Origin: Hydrogenophilales bacterium
GTDB lineage: Bacteria > Pseudomonadota > Gammaproteobacteria > Burkholderiales > Eutrophovitaceae
Length of the DNA stretch: 64,000 nt
Assembly (NCBI GenBank): GCA_902627495.1
Contig: CACOJS010000001.1
Location: 6,229 to 70,228 of the forward strand
Direction: 5' to 3'
Each line of letters begins with the position of its first letter. The stretch's first letter is position 1. Under the pieces are notes generated by a model. That model saw only the letters and a program-made list of their open reading frames with translations. It was not told the origin of the DNA and made no database searches. The position numbers and the translations under genes are program-made. Positions 19,847-29,189 of the stretch are shown piece after piece.

Positions 19847-21418
19847 TTAATCTCTTAGTTTAAATCGTTGTATTTTTCCCGTTGCTGTTTTGGGTAACTC
19901 TTTCACAAATTCTATCCATCGGGGATATTTAAAGCGAGCGAGTTTGGATTTCACATGTTCTTGTAAAGGTTTTTCTAGATTAAAATTTTCATAATTTGGT
20001 AGTAGAACAACGTAGGCTTTTGGTTTGGTCAAGCCATCTTTGTCCATTGCACCTACAACAGCAGCTTCAAAAACGGCCTCATGAGAAATTAGAGCAGCCT
20101 CAACTTCAAAGGGAGATACATACTGCCCACTCACTTTGAGCATATCATCTGATCGACCACCATAAACATAGTAACCCTCTGAATTTATCGAGTATTTATC
20201 TCCTGAAATTGTCCACTTTCCAGCAAATGTGTTTCTAGATTTTTTAGTATTATTCCAGTACTTGATGGCAGCAGTCGGCCCATTAATTTTGAGGTCGCCT
20301 AACTCTCCCGTAGAGACCTCTTTATTATTGTCTACTAAACTGAGCTCATAACCGGGAACTGGTTTGCCAGTAGTTCCATAGTTTACATCCGAGGGTCTAT
20401 TCGATAGAAAAATATGGAGCATCTCTGTAGATCCGATTCCATCTAAAATATCTACGTCAAACCTTTCTTTCCAGCGCTCTCCTAGCTCTGGAGGTAATGG
20501 CTCTCCTGCTGAGGTACAAATTCGTAAAGCTAGTGTAGATTTCTCTGGATGGATTTCTGCTGAAAGTAACGCACCATATAGTGTTGGTACTCCATAAAAA
20601 ATTGTTGGCTTATTTTCGACCAGCTTTTTGAAAACAGCTTCAGGAGTCGGCCTACCTGACATCAAAATCGTCGTGGCTCCAACTGAAAGTGGAAAGGTAA
20701 GGGCATTTCCAAGGCCATACGCAAAAAATAACTTTGCAGCCGAAAAAACCGTGTCATTATCTGTAATTCCCAAAATGGGCTTTGCATAGAGCTCAGCAGT
20801 TTTGATTAAACTCGAATGAATATGTAAGGTGCCTTTTGGGGTACCCGTTGATCCCGAAGAGTACAACCAAAAGCAGGTATCATCAGAGGTCGTTTCTTCT
20901 ACTTGAAACTTGTCTTCAGAGGATTTCATAAGGGTTTGTAGGTGGAGATAAGGCTCCTGTTTTTTTCCAGAAATAATTATATGTTGAAGATATTTATTAT
21001 CCTTTAGTATTGGTTGAAAAAAAGGGAAAATCTCTTGTGACACAACCAAAGCTCGGGCTCTGCTATCTTGGATCATGAATTTGTAGTTATCCGAAGTTAG
21101 CATGGTATTAACTGGTATAGGTACTATTCCGGCTTTTATTGCACCTAGAAATACACTGGGAAAATCAATGGTATCTTTGAGGGCTAGAAGTAACCTTTCT
21201 TCTGGCCGAATACCCAGTTGAGATAACAAGTTCGATACTTTATTACACTTTTGTTGTAACTCTCTAAAAGAAAATGAGCCGTGATCGTCTATATAAGCAA
21301 TTTTATTGTCTCGGCCAGCTATTAGGTTTCTTTCAAGCAAATCGTGAGCCGCATTGTATTTTCTAGGGATGTAGATGCGTGGTGGAGTAACACTATGGTC
21401 AGCACTTGACAAATTCAA
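19847..21418 (-). CDS. bclA: Benzoate-CoA ligase family adenylating enzyme
   Basis: 523 aa. TTG start 7 nt after an AAGGAG. N-terminus IPRKYNAAHDLLERN, AMP-binding loop YSSGSTGTPKG, C-terminal PKTATGKIQRF. Context with boxR/boxC/boxB. Confidence 0.85.
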   Translation of the reverse strand: MNLSSADHSVTPPRIYIPRKYNAAHDLLERNLIAGRDNKIAYIDDHGSFSFRELQQKCNKVSNLLSQLGIRPEERLLLALKDTIDFPSVFLGAIKAGIVPIPVNTMLTSDNYKFMIQDSRARALVVSQEIFPFFQPILKDNKYLQHIIISGKKQEPYLHLQTLMKSSEDKFQVEETTSDDTCFWLYSSGSTGTPKGTLHIHSSLIKTAELYAKPILGITDNDTVFSAAKLFFAYGLGNALTFPLSVGATTILMSGRPTPEAVFKKLVENKPTIFYGVPTLYGALLSAEIHPEKSTLALRICTSAGEPLPPELGERWKERFDVDILDGIGSTEMLHIFLSNRPSDVNYGTTGKPVPGYELSLVDNNKEVSTGELGDLKINGPTAAIKYWNNTKKSRNTFAGKWTISGDKYSINSEGYYVYGGRSDDMLKVSGQYVSPFEVEAALISHEAVFEAAVVGAMDKDGLTKPKAYVVLLPNYENFNLEKPLQEHVKSKLARFKYPRWIEFVKELPKTATGKIQRFKLRD

Positions 21419-21514
21419 TCCTATTCTCCTTTTGCCGGACAGAAAATATGTTTATGAAGATTGTATGGCCGAATAATTATAGCTCAACTGAAAGCATACT
21501 TGGTGTTTTGCCGA

Positions 21515-21982
21515 TCACTGAAGTTCTTTTCCCACTAAACCTATCCATTCTTCTATCCAAATTAGGGCTTCATCCTCTGGCAGACTATTAGAGTTAGCAT
21601 CATGCAGTTTATAGTCTCCCACTCTCACAGCGCCCAGTTGAGATAAAATGAGATCAAAATTTTTGCCCCCAAACCCAAAGGTTTCCGTGTATGTACTATC
21701 TCCTAAACCAAAAAGACCGTAGGTAACGTTGCTTAAGTCTGGTTTTGTGGTTTTTAGTGATTCTAAAAGCATCTGGGCATTATCTGGAACGTCACCTTGG
21801 CCATAGGTAGATGTGCAAATTATGAAATACCCTCCTGCTGCAAAAATACTATGGTCTAGGTCATCCATTAGTTTCGTCGACACGTCAATCGCTTTTTCGG
21901 ATAAGTGGGCTTCTATTTCTTCTGCCACGAGCTGTGCAGTGCCTGTCATTGTGCCCACTAAAATGGTGAGTTTTTGCTTCAC
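21515..21982 (-). CDS. Stand-alone flavodoxin (FMN-binding, MioC/CysJ-N-domain-like)
   Basis: 155 aa. GTG start preceded by GAGAGGA. Phosphate loop GTMTGTA and STYGQGD / FGLGDS motifs of long-chain flavodoxin domains. Confidence 0.8.
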   Translation of the reverse strand: MKQKLTILVGTMTGTAQLVAEEIEAHLSEKAIDVSTKLMDDLDHSIFAAGGYFIICTSTYGQGDVPDNAQMLLESLKTTKPDLSNVTYGLFGLGDSTYTETFGFGGKNFDLILSQLGAVRVGDYKLHDANSNSLPEDEALIWIEEWIGLVGKELQ

Positions 21983-22035
21983 AAACTTGTCCTCTCTATT
22001 AATAAAGAAGCATGATCCTTGATGTAATAACTGAT

Positions 22036-22079
22036 ATGCATTATATTACCACTCATGGAAATATATCATGCATTATAAT
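22036..22079. promoter_or_regulatory. Divergent box promoter/operator: two copies of ATGCATTATA (palindromic ATGCAT core) overlapping TATAAT hexamers on both strands
   Basis: Read directly: atgcattata at 22036-22045 and 22068-22077, 32 bp start to start. The reverse complement of each is TATAATGCAT. TATAAT also occurs on the + strand at 22074-22079. BzdR/BoxR-type regulators are reported to bind TGCA-containing repeats. Confidence 0.5.
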
Positions 22080-22090
22080 ACATTTTACAA

Positions 22091-22960
22091 ATGAAGTCAG
22101 TGGTTACCAGTAACAAAGACAGACTCTTATTATCATTGGTGGGAAACCAAGTGAGGAGAGTTAGGCAGACAAATGGTATAACTAGAAAAGAGCTTTCTCT
22201 CCGTTCTGGAGTTTCGCAAAGGTATTTAGCTAAATTAGAGGCAGGCGATGGGAATGCTTCCATATTGCTTCTTAAGCACATTTCAGATGCTCTAGGCCTA
22301 CCGTTAGGTAATCTGCTGGCGGATGAAACCGTATCCGAAGAGCTGGTTGACGTTCAAGAGTTTGTAAAGCATTTATCAAAAAGCAAATTGCTAAAAGCTA
22401 AAGAAATCTTAGTCGAAAGCTTTGACAGTGGGCATTCAAAAAAACATGTAGCTCTGGTGGGGCTGAGAGGGGCAGGCAAATCTACTTTAGGAGCCGCATT
22501 GGCGAAGAGCCTAGGTAAGCAATTTATTGAGATTGACAAAAAAATTGAAAGTTTGGCTGGAATTACTCTTTCCGAAATTTTTTCACTTTATGGACAAGAT
22601 GGTTATCGTCGGTTTGAAAAAGCTTGTTTGGTAGATGTGCTAAATGAGGAGGAAGATTGCGTAATTGAAACAGGTGGTAGTGTGGTGACTCATAAAGAGT
22701 CATATGACATGATTTTGTCTTCTTGTTTTACCGTTTGGATAAAAGCTGACCCCGAAGATCATGTGAATCGGGTCATAAACCAGGGAGATACGCGAATAAT
22801 ATCTAGTACTCATAGAATTCGAGAAGATGTTCAGCAAATTTTAAAAAATCGAGAGCCCTTATACGCATTAGCTAATAAAACTGTAAATACATCTAAATTT
22901 AGCAAAGACACATGCCTTAAAAAACTATCGAAGATGACAGTGATTGGCAGAGAGGAGTAA
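22091..22960 (+). CDS. boxR: BoxR/BzdR-type transcriptional regulator (N-terminal XRE HTH + C-terminal shikimate-kinase-like domain)
   Basis: 289 aa. HTH ITRKELSLRSGVSQRYLAKLEAGDGN, then P-loop GLRGAGKST and an SK-like fold. Immediately upstream of boxC. Confidence 0.85.
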   Translation: MKSVVTSNKDRLLLSLVGNQVRRVRQTNGITRKELSLRSGVSQRYLAKLEAGDGNASILLLKHISDALGLPLGNLLADETVSEELVDVQEFVKHLSKSKLLKAKEILVESFDSGHSKKHVALVGLRGAGKSTLGAALAKSLGKQFIEIDKKIESLAGITLSEIFSLYGQDGYRRFEKACLVDVLNEEEDCVIETGGSVVTHKESYDMILSSCFTVWIKADPEDHVNRVINQGDTRIISSTHRIREDVQQILKNREPLYALANKTVNTSKFSKDTCLKKLSKMTVIGREE

Positions 22961-22969
22961 ATCCACCAC

Positions 22970-24649
22970 ATGAAAAATACAGCTAGCCTGGAAGTTCCAG
23001 ATTTAGTCACTTATGACACTAGTCCATCAAAATATTGTCATTGGAAGTTGTCTATTGAAAACCATATAGCAACATTATCAATGGATGTTACTGAGGGTAA
23101 GGGTTTTTCCCCGGGTTATGAGTTGAAATTAAACTCGTATGATTTAGGTGTTGACATAGAACTTTATGATGCCTTGAACAGAATTCGGTTCGAGCACCCC
23201 ACGGTTAAATGTGTGGTAATTACTAGTTCTAAAGAGAAAATGTTTTGTTCTGGTGCCAATATTTATATGCTTGGAAAAGCATCTCACAGTGCTAAAGTTA
23301 ACTTTTGTAAATTCACTAATGAGACTAGAAACGGAATGGAAGATTCAAGTTTACATGAAGGTTTAAAGTTCTTAGCAGCTATCAATGGAACCGTTGCTGG
23401 TGGAGGATATGAATTGGCTCTAGCGTGTGACAAAATACTTATGATCGATGATCGTTCATCTAGTGTTAGCCTTCCCGAAGTCCCTCTGTTGGGTGTACTA
23501 CCTGGAACTGGTGGCCTTACTAGAATTGTAGATAAACGAAAAGTTCGTAAAGATCATGCAGATGTCTTTTGCTCTCTACCTGAAGGTTTCAGGGCAACAA
23601 GGGCAAAGAAGTGGAATTTGGTTGATGAAATATGTAAACCAAAACAGTTCCTGGCAAAAACTCATGTAATGGCCAAAGATCTTGTCGAGGCTAGTAATCG
23701 AGACAGCTCTCGTACTGAGGGCGTTAGGCTTGAGAAACTAAATCGAGCTATCGATGAAAATGGCTATCACTATAACCAAGTTAAGGTTTCTATTGATAAA
23801 GATAAAAGGGTTGCCTTTATAACTGTTTATGGGCCTGAAACTTGTCCGTCCGAAAACTTAGAAGAAATTATGGCTGAGGGATGTTCATGGTGGCTGTTAG
23901 AATTAGCTCGAGAGTTAGATGACGCTATCTTGTTATTGAGAACAAATAATTTAGACATAGGGGTTTGGGTGATTAAAACTGAAGGAGCTGCTAGCAATGT
24001 AATGGCTATAGACCAATTCGTCTTGGATAACATTAACAACTGGTTTGTTAGATCAACGATTGGGTTTTTACGGCGAACACTCGCAAGGCTCGAGGTCTCG
24101 GCAAGAAGTTTGTTCGCAATAGTAGATAGTAGGTCATGTTTTGCAGGTACTTTAACAGAACTTCTTTTGGCTGCTGACAGAAGTTATATGCTCTGTCCGG
24201 AAGAGCCATCCACAGACGCTCCGACTGTTCAGTTAAGCAAAGTTAATTTTGGGTTGTATCCCATGATAAATGATTTATCACGCATTGATTCTAGATTCTG
24301 TGAGGACCAAGTAAAAGTTTCTTTGGCCGAGAAGAACTGTGGCCAAATGTTATCAGCGAAAGATGCTGAGAGCTTAGGTCTGGTGACTTTTATCCCAGAC
24401 GAACTTGATTGGGATGAGGAAATTAGATTGGCCCTAGAGGAAAGGGTTAGCATATCTCCCGATGCTTTGACCGGTATGGAAGCTAACTTGAGGTTTTCCG
24501 GAAAGGAAAATACAGCCACCAGGGTGTTTGGAAGGTTATCAGCCTGGCAAAACTGGATATTCAATAGACCTAATGCTGTAGGGCCAGCGGGTGCATTAAA
24601 AACTTTTGGAACTGGTAAAAAGCCCGAATACAAATGGGAAAGGGTATAA
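22970..24649 (+). CDS. boxC: 2,3-epoxybenzoyl-CoA dihydrolase / benzoyl-CoA-dihydrodiol lyase (crotonase superfamily)
   Basis: 559 aa, the unusual length typical of BoxC. Crotonase region FCSGANIYML...GGGYELALACD. Adjacent to boxB. Confidence 0.85.
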   Translation: MKNTASLEVPDLVTYDTSPSKYCHWKLSIENHIATLSMDVTEGKGFSPGYELKLNSYDLGVDIELYDALNRIRFEHPTVKCVVITSSKEKMFCSGANIYMLGKASHSAKVNFCKFTNETRNGMEDSSLHEGLKFLAAINGTVAGGGYELALACDKILMIDDRSSSVSLPEVPLLGVLPGTGGLTRIVDKRKVRKDHADVFCSLPEGFRATRAKKWNLVDEICKPKQFLAKTHVMAKDLVEASNRDSSRTEGVRLEKLNRAIDENGYHYNQVKVSIDKDKRVAFITVYGPETCPSENLEEIMAEGCSWWLLELARELDDAILLLRTNNLDIGVWVIKTEGAASNVMAIDQFVLDNINNWFVRSTIGFLRRTLARLEVSARSLFAIVDSRSCFAGTLTELLLAADRSYMLCPEEPSTDAPTVQLSKVNFGLYPMINDLSRIDSRFCEDQVKVSLAEKNCGQMLSAKDAESLGLVTFIPDELDWDEEIRLALEERVSISPDALTGMEANLRFSGKENTATRVFGRLSAWQNWIFNRPNAVGPAGALKTFGTGKKPEYKWERV

Positions 24650-24651
24650 AG

Positions 24652-26061
24652 ATGTCTATAAATTATAGTGACCGCATTCCCAATAATGTCAATTTATCCT
24701 CTGATCGATCCCTACAGAGGGCACTAGAGCATTGGCAACCCAGGTTTTTAGATTGGTGGTCTGAGATGGGACCAGGCGGTTATTCGGGAAGTGATGCTTA
24801 TTTGAGAACTGCAGTTGGAGTTAATGCCAAGGACTGGGCAAGTTATGGTTATGTAAAAATGCCAGACTACCGATGGGGAATTTTTCTAGCTGATCCTGTC
24901 GAGAATCGAACGATAGGTTTTGGTGATAATTACGGAAAACCGGTTTGGCAAAAAGTACCAGGAGAATTGCGGACGCAGTTCAGAAGGATTATAGTCACCC
25001 AGGGGGATACCGAACCGGCCTCGGTAGAACAGCAGAGACTTTTAGGTTTAACTTGCCCTTCACTATATGACCTCAGAAACCTTTTTCAGGTAAATGTCGA
25101 AGAAGGCCGCCATTTATGGGCTATGGTTTATCTTCTACATGCGTACTTTGGACGTGATGGGCGGGAAGAGGCCGAAGAACTTTTAGAGCGACACTCTGGA
25201 GACCTGGATAATCCAAGAATACTCGGGACATTCAATCAGCCAATTACTGATTGGCTATCTTTTTTTATGTTTACATATTTCACTGATCGTGATGGAAAAT
25301 TTCAACTAAAAAGCCTCGCTGAGTCTGCATTTGACCCACTCTCCAGGACTTGCCGTTTCATGCTGACAGAAGAAGCTCATCATATGTTCGTGGGGGAAAC
25401 AGGGCTATCTAGAGTAATTAAAAGAACTCTTCAAGTAATGAAACAAGTTGGGACTGATGATCCGGATGCCATCAGAGCAGAAGGGGCGATTGATTTGCAG
25501 ACCTTTCAAAAATATCTTAACTTTTGGTACTCTTCTTCCCTTGATCTTTTCGGAGCAGAGGAATCATCAAATGCTGCTTTTGCCTTCGCTAACGGGATAA
25601 AAGGAAGATCAGACGAGGCACAATATCGAGATCATCTTGAGGTGAACAGCCTGTTAAAAGTGGAGAGCCATCAGGGAATTAGGGAAATTCCCACTAGAAA
25701 TGCGATGAATGAAGTACTCAGAGCATCCTACAGCCAAGATTGTTCAATAGGACTCAAGAGATGGAATCGTCTGATTGCCAGATCAAATATAGACTTTGAA
25801 ATTTGTCTGCCTAGTACAAAATTTAACCGCAACATCGGTTTTTGGAGAGAGGTCGACACTGATCCAAAAGGAACTCAAGTCTCAAGAAATCTGTTTGATA
25901 AAAAGCGGGAAGAATGGTTACCAAGCGAGTCTGATCATGACTTCATTAGTAATCTGATGCAAAGAGTAGTTGAACCAGGAAAAATTGCTGGTTGGTTAGC
26001 TCCGCCCGAAAGGGGCATAGACAACAAAGGCCTAGAGTATGAGTACGTGAGAACGCAGTAG
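24652..26061 (+). CDS. boxB: Benzoyl-CoA 2,3-epoxidase, diiron oxygenase subunit B
   Basis: ORF 24634..26061. ATG at 24652 gives MSINYSDRIPNNVNLS, a BoxB-like N-terminus. Two EXXH diiron motifs: VEEGRHLW and TEEAHHMF. Confidence 0.88.
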   Translation: MSINYSDRIPNNVNLSSDRSLQRALEHWQPRFLDWWSEMGPGGYSGSDAYLRTAVGVNAKDWASYGYVKMPDYRWGIFLADPVENRTIGFGDNYGKPVWQKVPGELRTQFRRIIVTQGDTEPASVEQQRLLGLTCPSLYDLRNLFQVNVEEGRHLWAMVYLLHAYFGRDGREEAEELLERHSGDLDNPRILGTFNQPITDWLSFFMFTYFTDRDGKFQLKSLAESAFDPLSRTCRFMLTEEAHHMFVGETGLSRVIKRTLQVMKQVGTDDPDAIRAEGAIDLQTFQKYLNFWYSSSLDLFGAEESSNAAFAFANGIKGRSDEAQYRDHLEVNSLLKVESHQGIREIPTRNAMNEVLRASYSQDCSIGLKRWNRLIARSNIDFEICLPSTKFNRNIGFWREVDTDPKGTQVSRNLFDKKREEWLPSESDHDFISNLMQRVVEPGKIAGWLAPPERGIDNKGLEYEYVRTQ

Positions 26062-26078
26062 GAACAATCGGTGGTATC

Positions 26079-26900
26079 CTAATCTAGCCAGATATAGGTG
26101 TTATCCGTTTTCTCATACTGTACGATACCCTCACATTCAAGCTTAATTAAGTGGGCCTCGAGAGAGTACTTGGCTATAGTGTAAAGATTTTGGTTCACAT
26201 CTCGGTACACTATTTTAACCAAATCGTCCAAGTTTGCCTTTGATAGCATAGACAATGCTTCTATTACTTTGGCTTCCCTTGAAAGCCTATGCTCAATAAT
26301 CCAATCAATAGCCTTGTTAGGGTTCTCCATTAAAGCACCATGCCCCGGTGCAATAAATTGAAGGTCGAGCTTTTTAATCGACTTCAAGGAACTAAGGTAA
26401 TCTCGCATATTTCCATCCGGTGGAATAATAACCACAGTAGATCCATTCATAATGTGGTCACCCGTAAAAATTAATTTATCTTCCTCTAGAAAAAAACACA
26501 GATGATTAGATGCATGGCCGGGAGTATGGACGGTTGTAATGGTATATTCAGTCTCCTTAATTTGATCTTTATCTAGTAAAGTTTTGTCAGGCCTAAATGA
26601 TTGGTCTTGATTCTTCTTGTATGTGGAGGTCATTCCCATGACTGGTGCTGAAGTCACCTCATTAAGCAGCTTGGCTCCTGGTGAATGGTCCATGTGAGTA
26701 TGAGTAACTAAGATTTGTTTTAGCCGCCCGTCGCACGCAACAAGAATGTCGTCGACATGTTCAGCAGAAGCCGGCCCAGGGTCAATTACGGTGATATTAT
26801 TCTTTCCTATAAGGTAGGTATTGGTACCTGGCCCTGTCATTATTCCGGGATTATTAGCGGTAATGCATTTAACTCTCTCTGTAAGTTTTTTTATTCGCAT
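26079..26900 (-). CDS. MBL-fold metallo-hydrolase (LACTB2/glyoxalase-II-like) with C-terminal winged-helix-like tail
   Basis: 273 aa with a THTHMDH metal motif. Confidence 0.8.
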   Translation of the reverse strand: MRIKKLTERVKCITANNPGIMTGPGTNTYLIGKNNITVIDPGPASAEHVDDILVACDGRLKQILVTHTHMDHSPGAKLLNEVTSAPVMGMTSTYKKNQDQSFRPDKTLLDKDQIKETEYTITTVHTPGHASNHLCFFLEEDKLIFTGDHIMNGSTVVIIPPDGNMRDYLSSLKSIKKLDLQFIAPGHGALMENPNKAIDWIIEHRLSREAKVIEALSMLSKANLDDLVKIVYRDVNQNLYTIAKYSLEAHLIKLECEGIVQYEKTDNTYIWLD

Positions 26901-26911
26901 TTTGGGGATTA

Positions 26912-27748
26912 TTAGGGAAGCTCAATAATATTACTACCTTTTATTTCTGGATAGACTGGCTTTACCTCATGTTGTTCAGATACTTTCTTTTGGTAAAGTT
27001 CTTCAGTATTTTTGAACCCAACTATAGCTTCCAAATTTCTCTTGGTTGGTAGTAACATAGGTAGTTTCCCAGATTCCCCATCTCTTAAGGCATCAGTCGG
27101 TTCGATCCATAGGCTTTCGACACTTTCATTGCCATCATGAACCCCTTTTTGCCCCCTTGGTGCTATCGCAACAAAAAAACGAGTGCTGTACCTCTTTAAC
27201 TCAGTTTCGGGGGTTACCCAATGAGATATATATGCCAACTGATCTACTGCTAATGTTAGATTTAATTCCTTACACATTTCAATTAAAACCGTTTCCCCAT
27301 TATTAAGTTCTTCTCGGTAGTTATTAAGAATCTTTTCTTCTGAGCTGGTAGGCCTTCCTAGTAACTCTCCTGATGATTTATAGGCCAATAGAATCCCAGA
27401 CTCCTCAAAGCACTCCCTAATACAGGCTATCCAAAAATCTAATCCACCAGATTCGATTCCTAAGATATTAGAAGCTACCTGATCGCTAATTCCTTGACTG
27501 TGCTTATGTAACTCTGGATGACCGTCTGACATTTCTATTTTCCCCCCTGGAAAAACCCATGCCCCTCCAAAATTAGCCCTTTTGTTTCGCAATATCATAA
27601 ATACTTCGGTTTGATGGTGACAGGGTCTGACAAGAAGTGCTGTAGCTGCCAGTTTAGGTTTAGACGGTGGTAATGTAGGGTCGGCCTTTAGAATATTTAT
27701 AGATGGATGCATAATTATTTTTTCGTCACAGTTTCGGTAATTATACAA
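26912..27748 (-). CDS. NUDIX-family hydrolase (long form)
   Basis: 278 aa. FPGGKIE ... IRECFEESGIL is a split Nudix box. The start may be the downstream Met (MHPSINIL). Confidence 0.7.
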   Translation of the reverse strand: MYNYRNCDEKIIMHPSINILKADPTLPPSKPKLAATALLVRPCHHQTEVFMILRNKRANFGGAWVFPGGKIEMSDGHPELHKHSQGISDQVASNILGIESGGLDFWIACIRECFEESGILLAYKSSGELLGRPTSSEEKILNNYREELNNGETVLIEMCKELNLTLAVDQLAYISHWVTPETELKRYSTRFFVAIAPRGQKGVHDGNESVESLWIEPTDALRDGESGKLPMLLPTKRNLEAIVGFKNTEELYQKKVSEQHEVKPVYPEIKGSNIIELP

Positions 27749-27822
27749 CCGAATATACTTTTAGGTTGCGAGGTCAATTAATTATTTAAAAGTCAAATAT
27801 ATTATTAGAGTATTTCTATTTT

Positions 27823-29130
27823 TCACTCCGGTCTGGTGCAACGCTCTTTGGGAAATATAAGCGAAAAAATACTACCAATTCCTTCTTTACTTTTTATGAT
27901 TATCTCGGCCTGATGGCGGTTGGCTATGTGCTTTACTATCGCTAAGCCTAAGCCTGTTCCACCAGTAACTCGCGATCGACTCTTATCTACCCTATAGAAT
28001 CTTTCAGTCAGTCTGGGAATATCAATCTGATTGATGCCAACACCAGTGTCTTCTATACTAAAGACAACACCCTGGTAGTTTGTATACCACCTAATTTTTA
28101 TTGTCCCACCGCCAGGTGTGTATCTGATGGCATTTGATATTAGGTTCTCAAAGGCACTGCGTAGCTCTTCAGCATTTCCAGTTATCCATGTGGGTGAACA
28201 TTCCATTATCAACAGCTCATGTTGGTTTTCTGGAAATGATTGGGCGTCTTTCACTAAACTTCTCAGAATAGATGGCACGTCTACTGCCTCTTGATTTCTT
28301 AATCTTTGGCTTTCGACTTGAGTAAGATTTAATAAGTCTTCGATCAACCGATTCATCCGTATGGTTTGCTCTGACATCAATGTAATTGCATTTCGAAGTA
28401 TATCATCGTCTGACTTCATTTCTTGGAGTGTTTCGATGAATCCGTGTATTACAGTAAGGGGGGTTCTTAATTCATGAGACACATTTGCTATAAATTCACT
28501 CCGCGAATTTTGTAGTCTATCAAGGTGGCTAATATCGTCTGCCAAAATTATAAATTTTTTTTCGTCATAAGAGAGGACTGTAATAGATAAGATAAGGTCA
28601 TTAAAAGGATTTTTTAAGCGTAAAGTAAGTTGTGACTCTGACTCTATCTTTTTTGTTTTTGAAATTAGTAATTGATTAAATTCTGGTTGCCGTAAAACAT
28701 ATGTTGCTTTTTTTCCAAAGTCTTCATCAGATATATCAAAAAAGCTCTTAGCTTTTTGGTTGGCCCAAATTATTTCATGTTTTTCATTGAGAAATATAAG
28801 TCCAGCGGGGAGAGAGTTTGCGGCTGACTTGGTATTTTTAACGATTCTGTCAAATCGTCTATCAGATATTTTTTTTTCATCAACTATTTTTTTAATATTC
28901 GCATAAATATGTCCCCAGACACCATTTTTGACCGGCAGATCTTCGTTTTTTAAGTTGCGGAGCCAATTTGATAGCAATTTAATTTGCACTAGATGTCTGG
29001 TCAGCTCGATTAACAAAAGCAAAATTAAAGCGCCGAAGGCGTAATAGCTCCCAGTGGTAATAAATATCAGGCTGGACAGCATGCACATTATGACTACCGA
29101 AATTAGGAGATGATTTTTATCCCACACCAC
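27823..29130 (-). CDS. phoR: Phosphate regulon sensor histidine kinase
   Basis: 435 aa. Two N-terminal TM segments, PAS region, H-box SHELRTPLT, and N/G boxes (NAIRYT, GTGLGLAIV). Downstream of phoB. Confidence 0.9.
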   Translation of the reverse strand: MVWDKNHLLISVVIMCMLSSLIFITTGSYYAFGALILLLLIELTRHLVQIKLLSNWLRNLKNEDLPVKNGVWGHIYANIKKIVDEKKISDRRFDRIVKNTKSAANSLPAGLIFLNEKHEIIWANQKAKSFFDISDEDFGKKATYVLRQPEFNQLLISKTKKIESESQLTLRLKNPFNDLILSITVLSYDEKKFIILADDISHLDRLQNSRSEFIANVSHELRTPLTVIHGFIETLQEMKSDDDILRNAITLMSEQTIRMNRLIEDLLNLTQVESQRLRNQEAVDVPSILRSLVKDAQSFPENQHELLIMECSPTWITGNAEELRSAFENLISNAIRYTPGGGTIKIRWYTNYQGVVFSIEDTGVGINQIDIPRLTERFYRVDKSRSRVTGGTGLGLAIVKHIANRHQAEIIIKSKEGIGSIFSLIFPKERCTRPE

Positions 29131-29189
29131 TGACCCTTGCTAAAAGTAATTAGGGTATCAATTATTCCAAAAAAGCCAATTTTGGGATA

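Noticed and set aside
24229-24633. 134-aa antisense ORF inside boxC. Similar long shadow ORFs occur at 2226..2585, 4232..4585, 41947..42330, 55857..56222, 63520..63873, 1554..1883, 5570..5902 and 38563..38901.
   Set aside because: All lie entirely within, and antisense to or out of frame with, strongly supported conserved genes. Their translations are low-complexity (S/L/I/F/P-rich) with no recognisable motifs or ribosome-binding sites. This is the typical shadow-ORF artefact.
13859-26061. Possible genomic island: the accessory benzoate/box cluster lies just downstream of tRNA-Arg(CCG), a classic integration site.
   Set aside because: There is no integrase, excisionase or transposase ORF anywhere in the window. 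I found no second copy of the tRNA 3' end (..GGTTCAAGTCCCGCCAGGCGC) at the candidate far borders (26062-26078, 27749-27822, 29883-30015). Base composition looks uniform by eye. A proper repeat search and k-mer/GC profile would be needed to revisit this.
26912-27748. The NUDIX protein beside the benzoyl-CoA genes might be a CoA pyrophosphatase (with the MBL protein as a thioesterase), forming a CoA-pool rescue pair.
   Set aside because: The CoA-specific 'NuCoA' motif LLTxR(S/A)xxxRxxxGxxxFPGG does not align. This protein reads MILRNKRANFGGAWVFPGG, with wrong spacing between the Arg residues and before FPGG. The two genes are also convergent to boxB rather than co-transcribed. The link is too speculative to report.
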